Below, piece after piece: positions 34,754 to 44,386 of a DNA stretch of 64,000 nucleotides. The position numbers and the translations under genes were made by a program. Source of the DNA: an uncultured Planctomycetota bacterium (GTDB lineage Bacteria > Planctomycetota > Planctomycetia > Isosphaerales > Isosphaeraceae); contig CAWGMQ010000004.1 in assembly GCA_963823665.1 (NCBI GenBank), positions 1,696,001 through 1,760,000 on the forward strand, written 5' to 3'. Numbering within the stretch: position 1 is the first letter of the stretch; each line of letters begins with the position of its first letter. Under the pieces are notes generated by a model that saw only the letters and a list, made by a program, of their open reading frames with translations, was not told the origin of the DNA and did no database searches.

Positions 34754-35080
34754 TTATCCGGCTGTTATTTCCATGTGCCCCTGCGTCCGGGCACTGGCCT
34801 TGGACAGCTTGATCTGCACGTCATAGCCCAAGCGGGTGATGAAGCGGATCAGCCTGTCGGTCGAAAATCCATCGAAGCGGCCTCTGAGCAATTCGGAAAC
34901 CTTGGGCTGGCGGATGCCGAGCAGTTTGGCAGCTTGGGCCTGGGTAAGACGCCGTCGCTGGACAATCCCCAGAATCTCAGCGGCAAGCTGGGATTTAGCC
35001 ATATATTCGTCGGCGTTTTCAATCCCTAGGTCGGCAAATACATTGCCGCTGCTGTCGTGGACGATGTTGTCAGCGGTCAT
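34754..35080 (-). CDS. XRE/HTH_37 (HigA-like) antitoxin/regulator
   Basis: SSGNVFADLG..LTQAQAAKLLGIRQPKVSELLRG..FSTDRL. Confidence 0.9.
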   Translation of the reverse strand: MTADNIVHDSSGNVFADLGIENADEYMAKSQLAAEILGIVQRRRLTQAQAAKLLGIRQPKVSELLRGRFDGFSTDRLIRFITRLGYDVQIKLSKASARTQGHMEITAG

Positions 35081-35150
35081 GGTTTTCTGGCCTTCTGCTG
35101 GTTCTTGTGATGCTCGACGGCTGCGCTCAGGCGTTTCTCGATCAAGTCGA
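35077..35150 (-). pseudogene. 3' remnant of Gp49/HigB-like RelE toxin
   Basis: LDLIEKRLSAAVEHHKNQQKARKP* with ATGA overlap onto the XRE gene. Confidence 0.5.
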
Positions 35151-36324
35151 GGCGGCTGTGGGATCACGTGGATCGAATCGCTTCGGGTGATTGCTTAGGC
35201 GTCGGGTATCGAGTGGAGAGGATCCGGAGGCCGAGCGGAATGGGCGGTTCCAAAGACAACCGTTGATATTCAGTATTTCCCCTTTTTCGTTGGTGAGCAC
35301 AATTGATTATAGAGTGTAGAAGTGCAAACATATTAATTGCAACATGTAATGGGGTACCACGCTCCGGTCCTAGGTGAGGGACGGGCTTATGTGGCGATCA
35401 CCGCTCGGCGGGGCCGATAAAACGAAAATGGGGAAGCGTTGGCTGAAAGCCTAAGCTCCCCCATTTTAGTCCGCGTTCAACCAAAATGGCTGACGGCGGA
35501 AAAGAGTGGGTCTTGCGTGTGAGACAACGCAAAACACCTAAAGGTACGCCCCTGGGAAAAGGGCGGCCTTTTTCGTTTGGGATTTGGCGCAGTTGCAACT
35601 ACGGCTTAGTAATCCCTGACACTCAACGTATAGGTCACGTTTTCCACCTTGTCAAATCTCTCCCCAAAAAACTGTCGATGTAGTCTCATTCAATAACATA
35701 ACATCTTACCGAATAAGGTTTTATTAATAATCACCGCGGTCCTCCTCGTCTCGCTCTTTCACCCGGCGATTTCAAAATTATTAGGTACGCATAACGGCCA
35801 GAAGCACATTGTAGATACACCAGCTACTTGACATTTCGCTCGCATGAGCAAGAGAAATCGCAGTATCGCATGCAATGCGATTGCAAGGCCTGACGAGTGA
35901 GACCGAAGGGCCTGGCAGCGGCATAAAACGGGTTTACCATGAGTACGCCCCTGGGAACCAAGCCATGTCAGAGGTTTCAGACCGCCCTCCGGGGCGAGAC
36001 GTTCGCCTTGCGCGCACCGTAGACCAGCCACCCGGGTTTGGCCGAAATCGCCCGGTGGGCGGCACCCTCATTAGCAAATTAATCAACTTCGTGTTGGCGA
36101 GTTGGACAATCACTTCCCACGGGCATCATTTGCCCCCGCCAGGTGGCGGGTCGGCATCGGTCGAACCCGAGGCCAGCCGAAAGGGAAGAAATACGATTAT
36201 CTGCCTAGGAATCATTCTGGCATTTCTTGCGGCTCTTTTGATAAGTGGCTCCTTACGGCTGGGTGTTACCGTAGAGGTCGGCAATCAGGGTAAGGCCGTG
36301 CCAGGTGTAAACGGAAAGTAAACG

Positions 36325-37182
36325 ATGACTCTTCGTCGGCTTGATCGCCGTGACGTCGATTTCTCGACTCCTTTGCAGATTTATCTGCACGATATTAATG
36401 ACACGCCATTGCTGTCGGCGCAGGAGGAACGCGCGCTTGCCGAGCGCGTGGCGGTGGGTGATCCCATTGCCCGCGAACACATGGTTAGAGCCAACTTGCG
36501 CCTCGTCGTCAATATCGCACGCGGCTATCTGGGCAAAGGTTTGAACTTGGAGGACCTTATCGAAGAAGGGAATTTGGGGTTGATGCGTGCTGTCGAAGGG
36601 TTCGATGGCATGATGGGGACTCGATTCAGGACCTACGCGATTTACTGGATCAAGCAGTCAATTCGCCGGGCGGTGATGAACACGGGGAAGCCGATCCGCC
36701 TGCCGGCGTACATGGTCAGCCTCCTTTCCAAGTGGCGGCGAGCCACGGGGGTGCTCACCGATCGACTCGGCCGGGCTCCCACGCATGACGAGGTCGGGAA
36801 AGCCCTGCGACTCTCCAAGAAGAAAATGGGAATTGTGGCCAAGGCAATCCGTGTCAACAACCTCACGCCCCACTCGGAAATCCTGGATGAGGACGGTCCC
36901 GCGCTCGACCGCGTCTTGACCGACGATCGCAGCAACAAGGGCCCTGAATCGAAGATGATCGAGGCCGACGACCTCGACCGCATCTTCCTGCACTTGGATG
37001 CCCTCGAGAGTCGTGAAGCCGCGGTCATTCGCATGCGGTTCGGCTTGGACTCTTACGAGCCGATGACCCTGCGCGAGGTCGGCGAGAACTTGGGCCTGAC
37101 TCGTGAAAGAGCTCGGCAGTTGGAGAGCCAAGCGTTGCAAAAGCTCATGAGCGCGCTGGCCGAAACGGGCGGGCGCATCTGA
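36325..37182 (+). CDS. Sigma-70 family RNA polymerase sigma factor (regions 1.2-4)
   Basis: YLHDINDTPLLS, ANLRLVV, DLIEEGNLGLMRAVEGFD, WIKQSI, TLREVGENLGLTRER. Confidence 0.95.
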   Translation: MTLRRLDRRDVDFSTPLQIYLHDINDTPLLSAQEERALAERVAVGDPIAREHMVRANLRLVVNIARGYLGKGLNLEDLIEEGNLGLMRAVEGFDGMMGTRFRTYAIYWIKQSIRRAVMNTGKPIRLPAYMVSLLSKWRRATGVLTDRLGRAPTHDEVGKALRLSKKKMGIVAKAIRVNNLTPHSEILDEDGPALDRVLTDDRSNKGPESKMIEADDLDRIFLHLDALESREAAVIRMRFGLDSYEPMTLREVGENLGLTRERARQLESQALQKLMSALAETGGRI

Positions 37183-37301
37183 ACATAGTCCAATATAGGT
37201 TACTTAATGCCTAGATGGACAATCGGCTTGCCTCGATATTCAACGAAAAAGACAAGTAGACAGCGACAGCGAAACAGACCGTTACTGAGGCAGTTGACGC
37301 T

Positions 37302-37802
37302 ATGGCAGACGACGAGTTATCTGAGCTGGCTGATTCGATACGTGATTCCTACGCGCGGCGTAGAGCCAAACATGATCGCCGCCGCCGCATCGACCCTACA
37401 ACCTTTGATAGAGAGTACACTGCCGAAGAGATGGAATTCATGCGGGCGATGCAGGCTTATAAACAAAGCAGCGGGCGCATGTTCCCAACCTGGTCGGAGG
37501 TGTTGAAGGTCTTGCGGAGCCTGGGTTATGAAAAGGTAGATCGTAGAGATGCTGACGGTGAAAGCGTCGTAGAATTTGTGCAGGCGATGCAGGCTTATAA
37601 ACAAAGCAGCGGGCGCATGTTCCCAACTTGGTCGGAGGTGTTGGAAGTCTTGCAAAATCTTGGTTATCAGAGAGCAGGCGGAGAAGCGCATAAGGATACG
37701 CAGTCCGCACGTAGCGCGTTAACGACAGCTACGAGCGAACCACATGCTGCACCGCGCACTGTCAACCGGGGTAATGTGATCGCTGAAGCGATTGGTACCT
37801 GA
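37302..37802 (+). CDS. Hypothetical protein with tandemly duplicated [18 protein letters not shown] domain
   Basis: [10 protein letters not shown]..; 138-bp-period internal repeat (37434 vs 37572). Confidence 0.75.
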   Translation: MADDELSELADSIRDSYARRRAKHDRRRRIDPTTFDREYTAEEMEFMRAMQAYKQSSGRMFPTWSEVLKVLRSLGYEKVDRRDADGESVVEFVQAMQAYKQSSGRMFPTWSEVLEVLQNLGYQRAGGEAHKDTQSARSALTTATSEPHAAPRTVNRGNVIAEAIGT

Positions 37803-37878
37803 GCACGCAGGCTAGGCTTTTGCAGCGTCGTCACGCACCTTGAGCTTAACCAGTTCAGCTTGTTTAGCTGTGCCCTAA

Positions 37879-37912
37879 ATAATGGGTAATAATCCCCTTT
37901 ATGTAACGCCAA
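37879..37912 (+). other. dif-like recombination site S1
   Basis: ATGGGTAATAA-TCCCCT-TTATGTAACGC(CAA). Confidence 0.65.
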
Positions 37913-38013
37913 TCCGGGGCAGGGGTCAAGCGGCGGTCTGGGTTCGGCGAACCTGAAACCGTAGATTTGTGCTCGAGATGTTGTAGATTGATTGTTCCAC
38001 GTCCAAGGAGGGG

Positions 38014-38377
38014 CAGCGACAATGGCGATGCGAGAAGATGTCTGTGCGTACCGCGGCGATTACAGGCAAGCCGAACAAGAGCACGTAATTCCCCAGAGGT
38101 TCGCACGGGTTTGAACGGACGTACGCCGTCCTGATGATCAGCCAAGTCAAATTGAAGAGGAGTGGAATCGAGATGGCACGCAGCGTTTCGACGCATCTCA
38201 TGTTCGAGGGAGTTGCCGAGGAGGCGATGAAGTTTTATGTCTCGCTCTTTCGACGGTCAGAGATCGTCAAGGTTGAGCGATACGGACCTGGCGAGCATGG
38301 GGCGGAGGGATCCGTCAAGGTCGCGACCTTTACTCTCTGTGGGCGAGAGTTCATGTGCATCGACAGCCCGATCAAGC
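38014..38377 (+). pseudogene. Scaffold repeat B copy 2: upstream region + 3'-truncated VOC/PhnB gene
   Basis: Aligns with 17119-17480; homology stops after CIDSPIK. Confidence 0.85.
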
Positions 38378-38409
38378 CTCTCATTTCGGGCCACGATGTG
38401 AGAGGGGTG

Positions 38410-39291
38410 TTAACTTGGAATGGATAGCGTCGAAACAAAAGCGAGCAGCTCGGCCCATGCGTGATCGAATTCGATGAACTCGGTCGTAGTCTTCCGAATC
38501 TGCGCATCGTAAGTCGACGACGCCTTCTGTCTCACCTTCTCATCAAAGGCCGACTTCGTCGCGACAATTTCCCGAGCGGCGGACTTCTGCAGAAGGAAAG
38601 ATGAAACCTTGCCGAGGTCAATCAACGCCGAGTGCTTGCGAACCATTGAGGCAATATCGAAAACGTCTTGAGGGCGTGAACGATTCCGGGGAATCTGCTG
38701 AAGGAGAGCCCGAAGCTTTTCCGCGAGAATATCCTCGAGGGTGCAGACCCGAAGTGGAATCGATTCAGGACCGAGCTGCTCATCCCCGGTTTCGCACAGC
38801 ACGTCATTCAGGCTGATTTCGACTTCGACCACTTCAGAGAGCGTCTTTCCGGCTGAAAGCCGCTCGTCGATGTTTTGGAAGTATCTGTCGCCGGGGAGCT
38901 GATAGCAGACCTTGAGGTTGTAGGTTGGCCTGGTCTTATCGACACCAGGCGGATTTCGACGAATGCTCTGACACCGAGCCTTGACCTGATATCGCCGTTC
39001 TTCTGTCTTCAACGCAGTATCCATAAGCCCCTTGATAACTTCTGCACTGTCTGGGAAATCCTCGACGGCGCTGAAATCGAGGTCGAGCGTGCTCCGCATG
39101 TTGCCGTGAATGAAGCGAAGGGCGTTTCCGCCCTTAAACGCGACGCGAGAAACGAACGCAGCCGATGAGGACATCGACACCAGAATCACGAACTGGACGA
39201 AGCGACGCCTCGCTTCCTCCGCGGTCGTGCCATGCAGCTTTCGCCAAGCATCGAGCTCGGCAATTGAGGTTGGATAGCTTCCTGCTTCCAA
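38410..39291 (-). CDS. abiEii: AbiEii/AbiGii nucleotidyltransferase toxin
   Basis: FKGGNAL..RSTLDLDF, LAEKLRALL, RPQDVFD. Confidence 0.9.
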   Translation of the reverse strand: MEAGSYPTSIAELDAWRKLHGTTAEEARRRFVQFVILVSMSSSAAFVSRVAFKGGNALRFIHGNMRSTLDLDFSAVEDFPDSAEVIKGLMDTALKTEERRYQVKARCQSIRRNPPGVDKTRPTYNLKVCYQLPGDRYFQNIDERLSAGKTLSEVVEVEISLNDVLCETGDEQLGPESIPLRVCTLEDILAEKLRALLQQIPRNRSRPQDVFDIASMVRKHSALIDLGKVSSFLLQKSAAREIVATKSAFDEKVRQKASSTYDAQIRKTTTEFIEFDHAWAELLAFVSTLSIPS

Positions 39292-39298
39292 GCGGCCT

Positions 39299-40198
39299 CT
39301 AATTCTCTTCCAAGATGGCCAAAACGGACTGCGGAACGTTTAGCGAAAGATTCCACTCCGCCGAGAACGTCGTCGCATACGGGTTACGTGCGACCAACTT
39401 TACCGACCCTCCGCGTTGCAGTCCATGCCGCCATTTGGCGAGCAGAGGATGAGTCTTCCCTAACTTTTCAAGGAGAAAGCCCACCCGCTGTCGGAGCACC
39501 TTGTGTCCATAATCGTCTGCGTAGGAGACGAGCTTGGCGACGTCGACGTTTTCGGCTGACCGCCACGCTTGAAGCACCTTCTCAATGCCGCCCGACTTTT
39601 CAGGCATCCGAATCGCGTCAAGTAACGTTCGTTCGACGTCGGTGACATAAATCGGAATGCCGAAACTGTAACCGACGATAACGCCGAAGCCAGGCTCCGA
39701 CGAAAGCTGTGTCCAGATTACCCGGACACCTCGCACCGTCAGGGGACGCTTCGCCGTGAGAAGCGAGCTCGCTTCAGACCAGTCTTCTGGTGTCGTGCCA
39801 AGCGGTAACCGGTCGGCGTTTTCTGCTCGTTCGCTCGCAATCGGGTAGACCTCTGTCGGAACGAGGTCTGTGATGCCGTGGTAAGCCATCGCGGTAAGGA
39901 AGCCGAAGACCGCCCAAGGATTTGCTTCCTGAATGATTTGCTCTTCGGAGACCTCAAGCAAATTCGCGTAGGCTACGTTCACCACATAAACGCCGGAAAC
40001 GCCTTCAACCGACACGACCTCTCCTCGTCGGACGAGCTCCTTGCGGATGGCCTGAGCCTTCTCTTCATCCGGCAGAGGGGAGTTTTCAGCTCTGGCTATC
40101 TGGCGAGCAATTACAAGAATTCGCCAGTCGGAAATGACTCGACGTCGAGTCTCTGCAAGCACTCGGAGGATGTTGGACGCAAATGTCTTAGGGCCCAT
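39299..40198 (-). CDS. abiEi: AbiEi-type antitoxin/transcriptional regulator
   Basis: TAMAYHG, VTDVERTLLD, QRVGFLLE, WNL; upstream of AbiEii. Confidence 0.85.
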   Translation of the reverse strand: MGPKTFASNILRVLAETRRRVISDWRILVIARQIARAENSPLPDEEKAQAIRKELVRRGEVVSVEGVSGVYVVNVAYANLLEVSEEQIIQEANPWAVFGFLTAMAYHGITDLVPTEVYPIASERAENADRLPLGTTPEDWSEASSLLTAKRPLTVRGVRVIWTQLSSEPGFGVIVGYSFGIPIYVTDVERTLLDAIRMPEKSGGIEKVLQAWRSAENVDVAKLVSYADDYGHKVLRQRVGFLLEKLGKTHPLLAKWRHGLQRGGSVKLVARNPYATTFSAEWNLSLNVPQSVLAILEEN

Positions 40199-40462
40199 AG
40201 AAAGAGTCGAGCATCGCGAGTAAGATGTCCTGAGGACATCTTACTCGCGATGCAACTCAAAGTCAAGGATAAAATGAAAATCTTGTCAAGATTAGGAATG
40301 GTTGTAATGATCGCCGAAACCGAAGAAGACCTGGAGCATTTCGCCGCGATGGGCGAATGCGAATTCAGTAATGGCGAGTGGGCTCGGCTGGATGCCAAGA
40401 GGCGGCCCGTGACGGCGATTAATCAGGGCTGCCAGGTCGCATCAGTCAATGCATAATCATTG

Positions 40463-40954
40463 CTAGAGTTGCGGTGGCTGCGTCTCGATCATGAGGTGTT
40501 CCACGGGCCACGTCATACCGTCACGGGGGCCAGCCATGCGGACAAGGCCCACCGTTACTTTCCCCGCACCTTTTTCGCCTTCCCATTGCGAAAAACTTTG
40601 GATCTGGCGACTGATGCCGTCGCCGACAGCCTGCTGGACCAGCCGTAGCAAGGCACTTTTCCAGTTCTCGCCAGATAGGCTCTCACCTGTCGTAAGCACC
40701 TCGCTGCTCGGTTTGCGGATCGTCATCGTGAAAATGGCAGAGTCCTCCGTTAATCGAAGCCTAAGGGATCGGGCGATCTTGTCCGCGGAATCGAGTTTCA
40801 GTCCGCGATCGCCGTCAAGAAATCGTTGCACAATGGTGTGGCTCAGCTCGGCGTCCTTAGCGACCTTATAAGCCGTAAGCCCCCGCTGGCGAATAACTTC
40901 ACGAAGCTGCTCCGAAATTGTCAGAGCGGGGGTAGAGGTCTTTTCGGAAATCAT
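40463..40954 (-). CDS. XRE-family HTH protein
   Basis: ISEQLREVIRQRGLTAYKVAKDAELSHTIVQRFLDG. Confidence 0.75.
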   Translation of the reverse strand: MISEKTSTPALTISEQLREVIRQRGLTAYKVAKDAELSHTIVQRFLDGDRGLKLDSADKIARSLRLRLTEDSAIFTMTIRKPSSEVLTTGESLSGENWKSALLRLVQQAVGDGISRQIQSFSQWEGEKGAGKVTVGLVRMAGPRDGMTWPVEHLMIETQPPQL

Positions 40955-40997
40955 AAATACCTCAATTTGTCGTGATTCTCGCCATTACCACACAGTT

Positions 40998-41025
40998 ATT
41001 ATACGCCAATTGTTCTACGAGTCAA
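40998..41025 (-). promoter_or_regulatory. Sigma70-type promoter of HTH gene
   Basis: Minus strand TTGACT-16 bp-TATAAT, -10 box ending 43 bp before the ATG. Confidence 0.6.
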
Positions 41026-41145
41026 ATGGCACATGTGACAATTGACGCCGCTTTCGCGGGCAATCCAGGATAACGGGTGAAATGCAGAGGCTTGTATCCG
41101 GAGTGCCGCAGAAAGTGGCTCGCCTTCACGAAGGGCGGTGTCGGC

Positions 41146-41176
41146 GCTTCGGATACAAGGGATTGGACTGAACCGC
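41146..41176 (+). other. dif-like recombination site S4
   Basis: GCTTCGGATAC-AAGGGA-TTGGACTGAAC(CGC); right arm inverted at 44211-44224. Confidence 0.5.
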
Positions 41177-41432
41177 GGGCAGGCGGGCGACTATGGAGAT
41201 TCAATCGCGGGCTTTCCAGCAGGTGAGCGCGTTGTCGGCCGGGAGCGGTGATTCGATCGCTGGAAAGCCGGTTGGTGTGCCGTAGCCGGTGCTCGATTTA
41301 GGCCCAACCTGGGCTTTCTTCAGGCCTATGGACACGAAATCCTGCTCGCCGAACAGGGAATCCACGGTCACCCTCGAAGGGCGGTGTTGACGATGGCGAG
41401 TCATCAGGTTGCTCCCGTCCATCTGGAAGGGT

Positions 41433-42668
41433 TTAGGAAGTATCAAATGCCACCGCCTCGGGTGTGGGACCGCAGTGAGGTCCTTCACTCGGGTCGGCCG
41501 GAAGCTCCCCGAGAATCGCGACGATGAACATATAGCCCTTGCCGCAAGCAGGGCAGACGTGCATCGCGTGTTCTCCTTCGGCAGCGACCTGCTCTTCTGG
41601 AGCCGGCTCAGGCGCCCCCGGTTCCAAGGAGGGCTCGGTCTCCTCGAGTAGCTCGCGACACAGTTCGAGATTCTCCCGGCACACCCGGTTAGCGAGGAAG
41701 CCATAATGCCGGATTCGGACGAATCCGGCGGGTAACACATGCAGGAGGAATCGGCGGATGAATTCGATCGCTTTGAGCGCCATCGTCTTCTGCTTTCCCT
41801 CGTGCGCGTAATCCTTCCAGTGGAACGTAACCTTGCCGTCCTCAACCGTGATCAGCCGGTGATTGCTGATCGCGACCCGGTGGGAGTACCGGGCCAGGTA
41901 TTTCAGCACCTGTTCCGGGCCACCAAAGGGAGGCTTGGCGTAGACAACCCATTCGGTCTTGGCACTGGCAGTGAGCCGGCGCTGAAACTCGGCCGGGTCG
42001 GCCAACGAAGCGAGCGTGCCGTGCAAGGAAAGCTTGCCCTGATCGAAGGCGAACTTAAGCAGAGCGAGAAACTTCCCCCGAAAGAGGCGGCTGAGGACAC
42101 GGACCGGTAGAAAGAAGCCGGGTTTGCAAGGGACCCATCGCGCGCGATCAGGCGACAGCCCGCCACCCGGCACAACGCAGTGGACGTGCGGGTGATGTTG
42201 CAGGTTCTGGCCCCAAGTGTGGAGGACGGCCAAGAAGCCGATCTCAGCCCCGAGGTGCTTCGGGTCGGCGGCGATCTGCTGCAAGGTCTCGGCGGCGCAT
42301 TTGAACAGGAGACCGTAGACCACCCGCTGATTCTGCAAGGCAATCGGGTCGAGCGCCGCCGGAAGCGTAAATACGACGTGATGATATTCGACCGGCAGCA
42401 ATTCCGCTTGCCGGGCCTCCATCCACTCCGCGGCGGCGGTTGCCTGGCACTTCGGACAGTGCCGATTGCGGCATGAGTTGTAGGCGATCTGCTGATGGCC
42501 GCATTGATCACATTCCTCGATGTGTCCGCCTAGGGCAGCAGTCCGACAAGCTGCGATGTCGCGCAGAGCGCGACGCTGCTCGGACGAGAGCGTGTCGCCA
42601 TATCGGTCGAGAAAAGCATCACCATAGTCGCGAACGACCTCGGCCACTTCGAGCCGAGGTCGGTTCAT
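41433..42668 (-). CDS. IS91-family (HUH/Y2) transposase
   Basis: CRTAALGG, YNSCRNRHCPKC, HVVFTLP, LHTWG..HPHVHC, YLARY. Confidence 0.95.
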   Translation of the reverse strand: MNRPRLEVAEVVRDYGDAFLDRYGDTLSSEQRRALRDIAACRTAALGGHIEECDQCGHQQIAYNSCRNRHCPKCQATAAAEWMEARQAELLPVEYHHVVFTLPAALDPIALQNQRVVYGLLFKCAAETLQQIAADPKHLGAEIGFLAVLHTWGQNLQHHPHVHCVVPGGGLSPDRARWVPCKPGFFLPVRVLSRLFRGKFLALLKFAFDQGKLSLHGTLASLADPAEFQRRLTASAKTEWVVYAKPPFGGPEQVLKYLARYSHRVAISNHRLITVEDGKVTFHWKDYAHEGKQKTMALKAIEFIRRFLLHVLPAGFVRIRHYGFLANRVCRENLELCRELLEETEPSLEPGAPEPAPEEQVAAEGEHAMHVCPACGKGYMFIVAILGELPADPSEGPHCGPTPEAVAFDTS

Positions 42669-43496
42669 GGCCGGGACTCACCGGGTAGGGGACCGATCCG
42701 GTCGAGGGGGCTGCGCGTTGCCTCGACAACGCCTGGCGACACGTGGGTATAAATGGCGGTTGTCTCGAGCTTGCGATGGCCGAGAAGCACCTGAATTGTC
42801 CGGAGGTTGGTGCCGGATTCGAGCAAATGGGTCGCGAAACTATGCCGCAGAGTATGCACCGTAACGTGCTTGCCCAAGCCGGCGTGTTGCGCGGCGCGGA
42901 CGCAGATTTTGTGCACGGCTTTTCCGGTGATGGGTTTGTCTGGGACGTCCCCGGGGAAAAGCCAGTCGGTCGGCCGAACGATTTTCCAGTATTCACGGAG
43001 CAGCGCGAGGAGACGAGGCGAGAGCATGACGTAGCGGTCCCGACGTCCTTTGGCTTGTCGGATGCGGATGACCATGCGCTTGCTGTCGAGGTCATCAACT
43101 CGAAGGCCGATGACCTCAGAGAGCCGTAAACCCGCGGTGCTTGATGTCGATCAGCCCTGCGAAGAACGTGGCGACTTCGTCTGAGCTGAGAACGACAGGG
43201 AGGCGCTTGGGTTGCTTTGGGAAGGGAATGCGATCCAGGGCATCCTTTCGACCGAGGGTGACCTCGTAAAGGAACCGCAACGCGGCGAGGGTCTGGTTGT
43301 AGACGCTCCAGGAGACCTTCTTCTCTTGAATGAGGTGGAGCAGGTAAGATCGAACCCCCTTTCTGCCGAGGTGCTCGGGCGACCGCCTGTAATGTCCTGC
43401 GAAGAATCTGACACGCGAAACGTAGGCGTTGATGGTCCGTGTTGAGAGATTCTTGAGCTTCATGTCCTCGATCATTTGGCGTCGTAGCGGTGTCAT
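42665..43496 (-). pseudogene. Tyrosine recombinase paired with IS91-like transposase, internal deletion/frameshift
   Basis: MTPLRRQMIEDM; GLRLSE, KGRRDR, HTLRHSFATH, LLGH, TAIY; frame break at about 43135. Confidence 0.88.
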
Positions 43497-43645
43497 GATG
43501 TGCTCCCGTGTTGAGGTAAAAAGGGGAAGCGTTTATCATGGCTAGGTAGAAGCGCTGAGCGTGTGCGTGTGTCACGCAACCGGGCGCCTGTGACGCGGCA
43601 AGCCGGGCTTGTGTGTTAAAGAATCAAGGACGCGGCGGACAGGCG

Positions 43646-44086
43646 ATGGGCAGCGAAGCGATCGTCCAAAACTTGATCGGTGTCTTCCCTCGAAGGATAG
43701 TGGAGGGTCCAGTAACCCCACATGATTGCCCTGAGTGTCTGGAGTTGCGCGGGCAACTCACCGGGACCACTTGGCCTGATGTCCCGCTGGAGTTCATTCG
43801 CGACCATCCTGACGTATTACCGCTGCTGTCGCCGGAAGCCTATCTGACCTTCCTACCCGCGTGGCTACACCAACGTGTCCTCGAGCCTGAGGGCGAAGTG
43901 GCTTCCATGCTCCTCGTGAACCTCGCATGTGATTCCGATCCGACAGGGTTTGCATTCGAGCAACGCGACGCCATCATCGAAGTGGCCCGATTCATCGTGC
44001 GGAACAACGGCTGGGGGCCGGAAGACCCTGAAAACGCGAAGTCCCTCGTCGCGATCGAACGGGCATGGGCGGACGTCATAGCCTAA
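43646..44086 (+). CDS. Hypothetical protein (DUF6714-like)
   Basis: HDCPECLEL..W..LPLLSPEAYLTFLPAWL. Confidence 0.6.
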   Translation: MGSEAIVQNLIGVFPRRIVEGPVTPHDCPECLELRGQLTGTTWPDVPLEFIRDHPDVLPLLSPEAYLTFLPAWLHQRVLEPEGEVASMLLVNLACDSDPTGFAFEQRDAIIEVARFIVRNNGWGPEDPENAKSLVAIERAWADVIA

Positions 44087-44210
44087 ACCCCGGGGCGGAG
44101 AATGCGCGAGTGTAACCGACGCATTTGGCGTGGACCCTGAGCGTGTGATCCCGACATACCGCTGATAGACCCGTAGCAGGAAGGCCAACGCTTCAAAGGT
44201 CTACCGCGCA

Positions 44211-44244
44211 GCGGTTTAGTCCAATGTCCTTTATTACCCGTTAT
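44211..44244 (-). other. dif-like recombination site S3 (hybrid arms)
   Basis: Minus strand ACGGGTAATAA-AGGACA-TTGGACTAAAC(CGC). Confidence 0.6.
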
Positions 44245-44386
44245 CCGCAGGCTGGACTCAAATCGCGCTTTGCCTGTAACGGCTGATTTATAAATCACCG
44301 CTTACGATCTTGGTGTCACTTGACGGTGATTCGTTTCGCTTCCGAATTCATCGGGGGCCACCCATCCGGCATACCGAGGGCTCGAT

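Larger units (their letters stand above)
34491..35150 (-). repeat. Scaffold repeat A copy 4 (most complete)
   Basis: Contains intact XRE gene, toxin 3' remnant and small ORF MSDATRQRLIRLAEQSSTSGRKVSPMQIA. Confidence 0.85.

Noticed and set aside
35495..35545. AAAGAGTGGG..ACGCAAA..CCTAAA resembling a c-di-GMP-I riboswitch
   Set aside because: No upstream GGCAAAC/P2 stem and the spacing is wrong.
35691..35714. CAATAACATAA-CATC-TTACCGAAT possible fifth dif-like site
   Set aside because: Spacer is 4 bp and the region is AT-rich, so a chance match is likely.
35889..35912. CTGACGA..GAAG resembling a hammerhead ribozyme core
   Set aside because: GAAA is absent and stems II/III do not form convincingly.
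35875..36321. 148-aa ORF before the sigma factor
   Set aside because: Only a C-terminal hydrophobic stretch supports it; start and coding status are unclear.
40996..41009. TTATTATACGCCAA, similar to the S1/S2 right arm
   Set aside because: No partner arm at 6-bp spacing; explained by the TATAAT promoter box on the minus strand.
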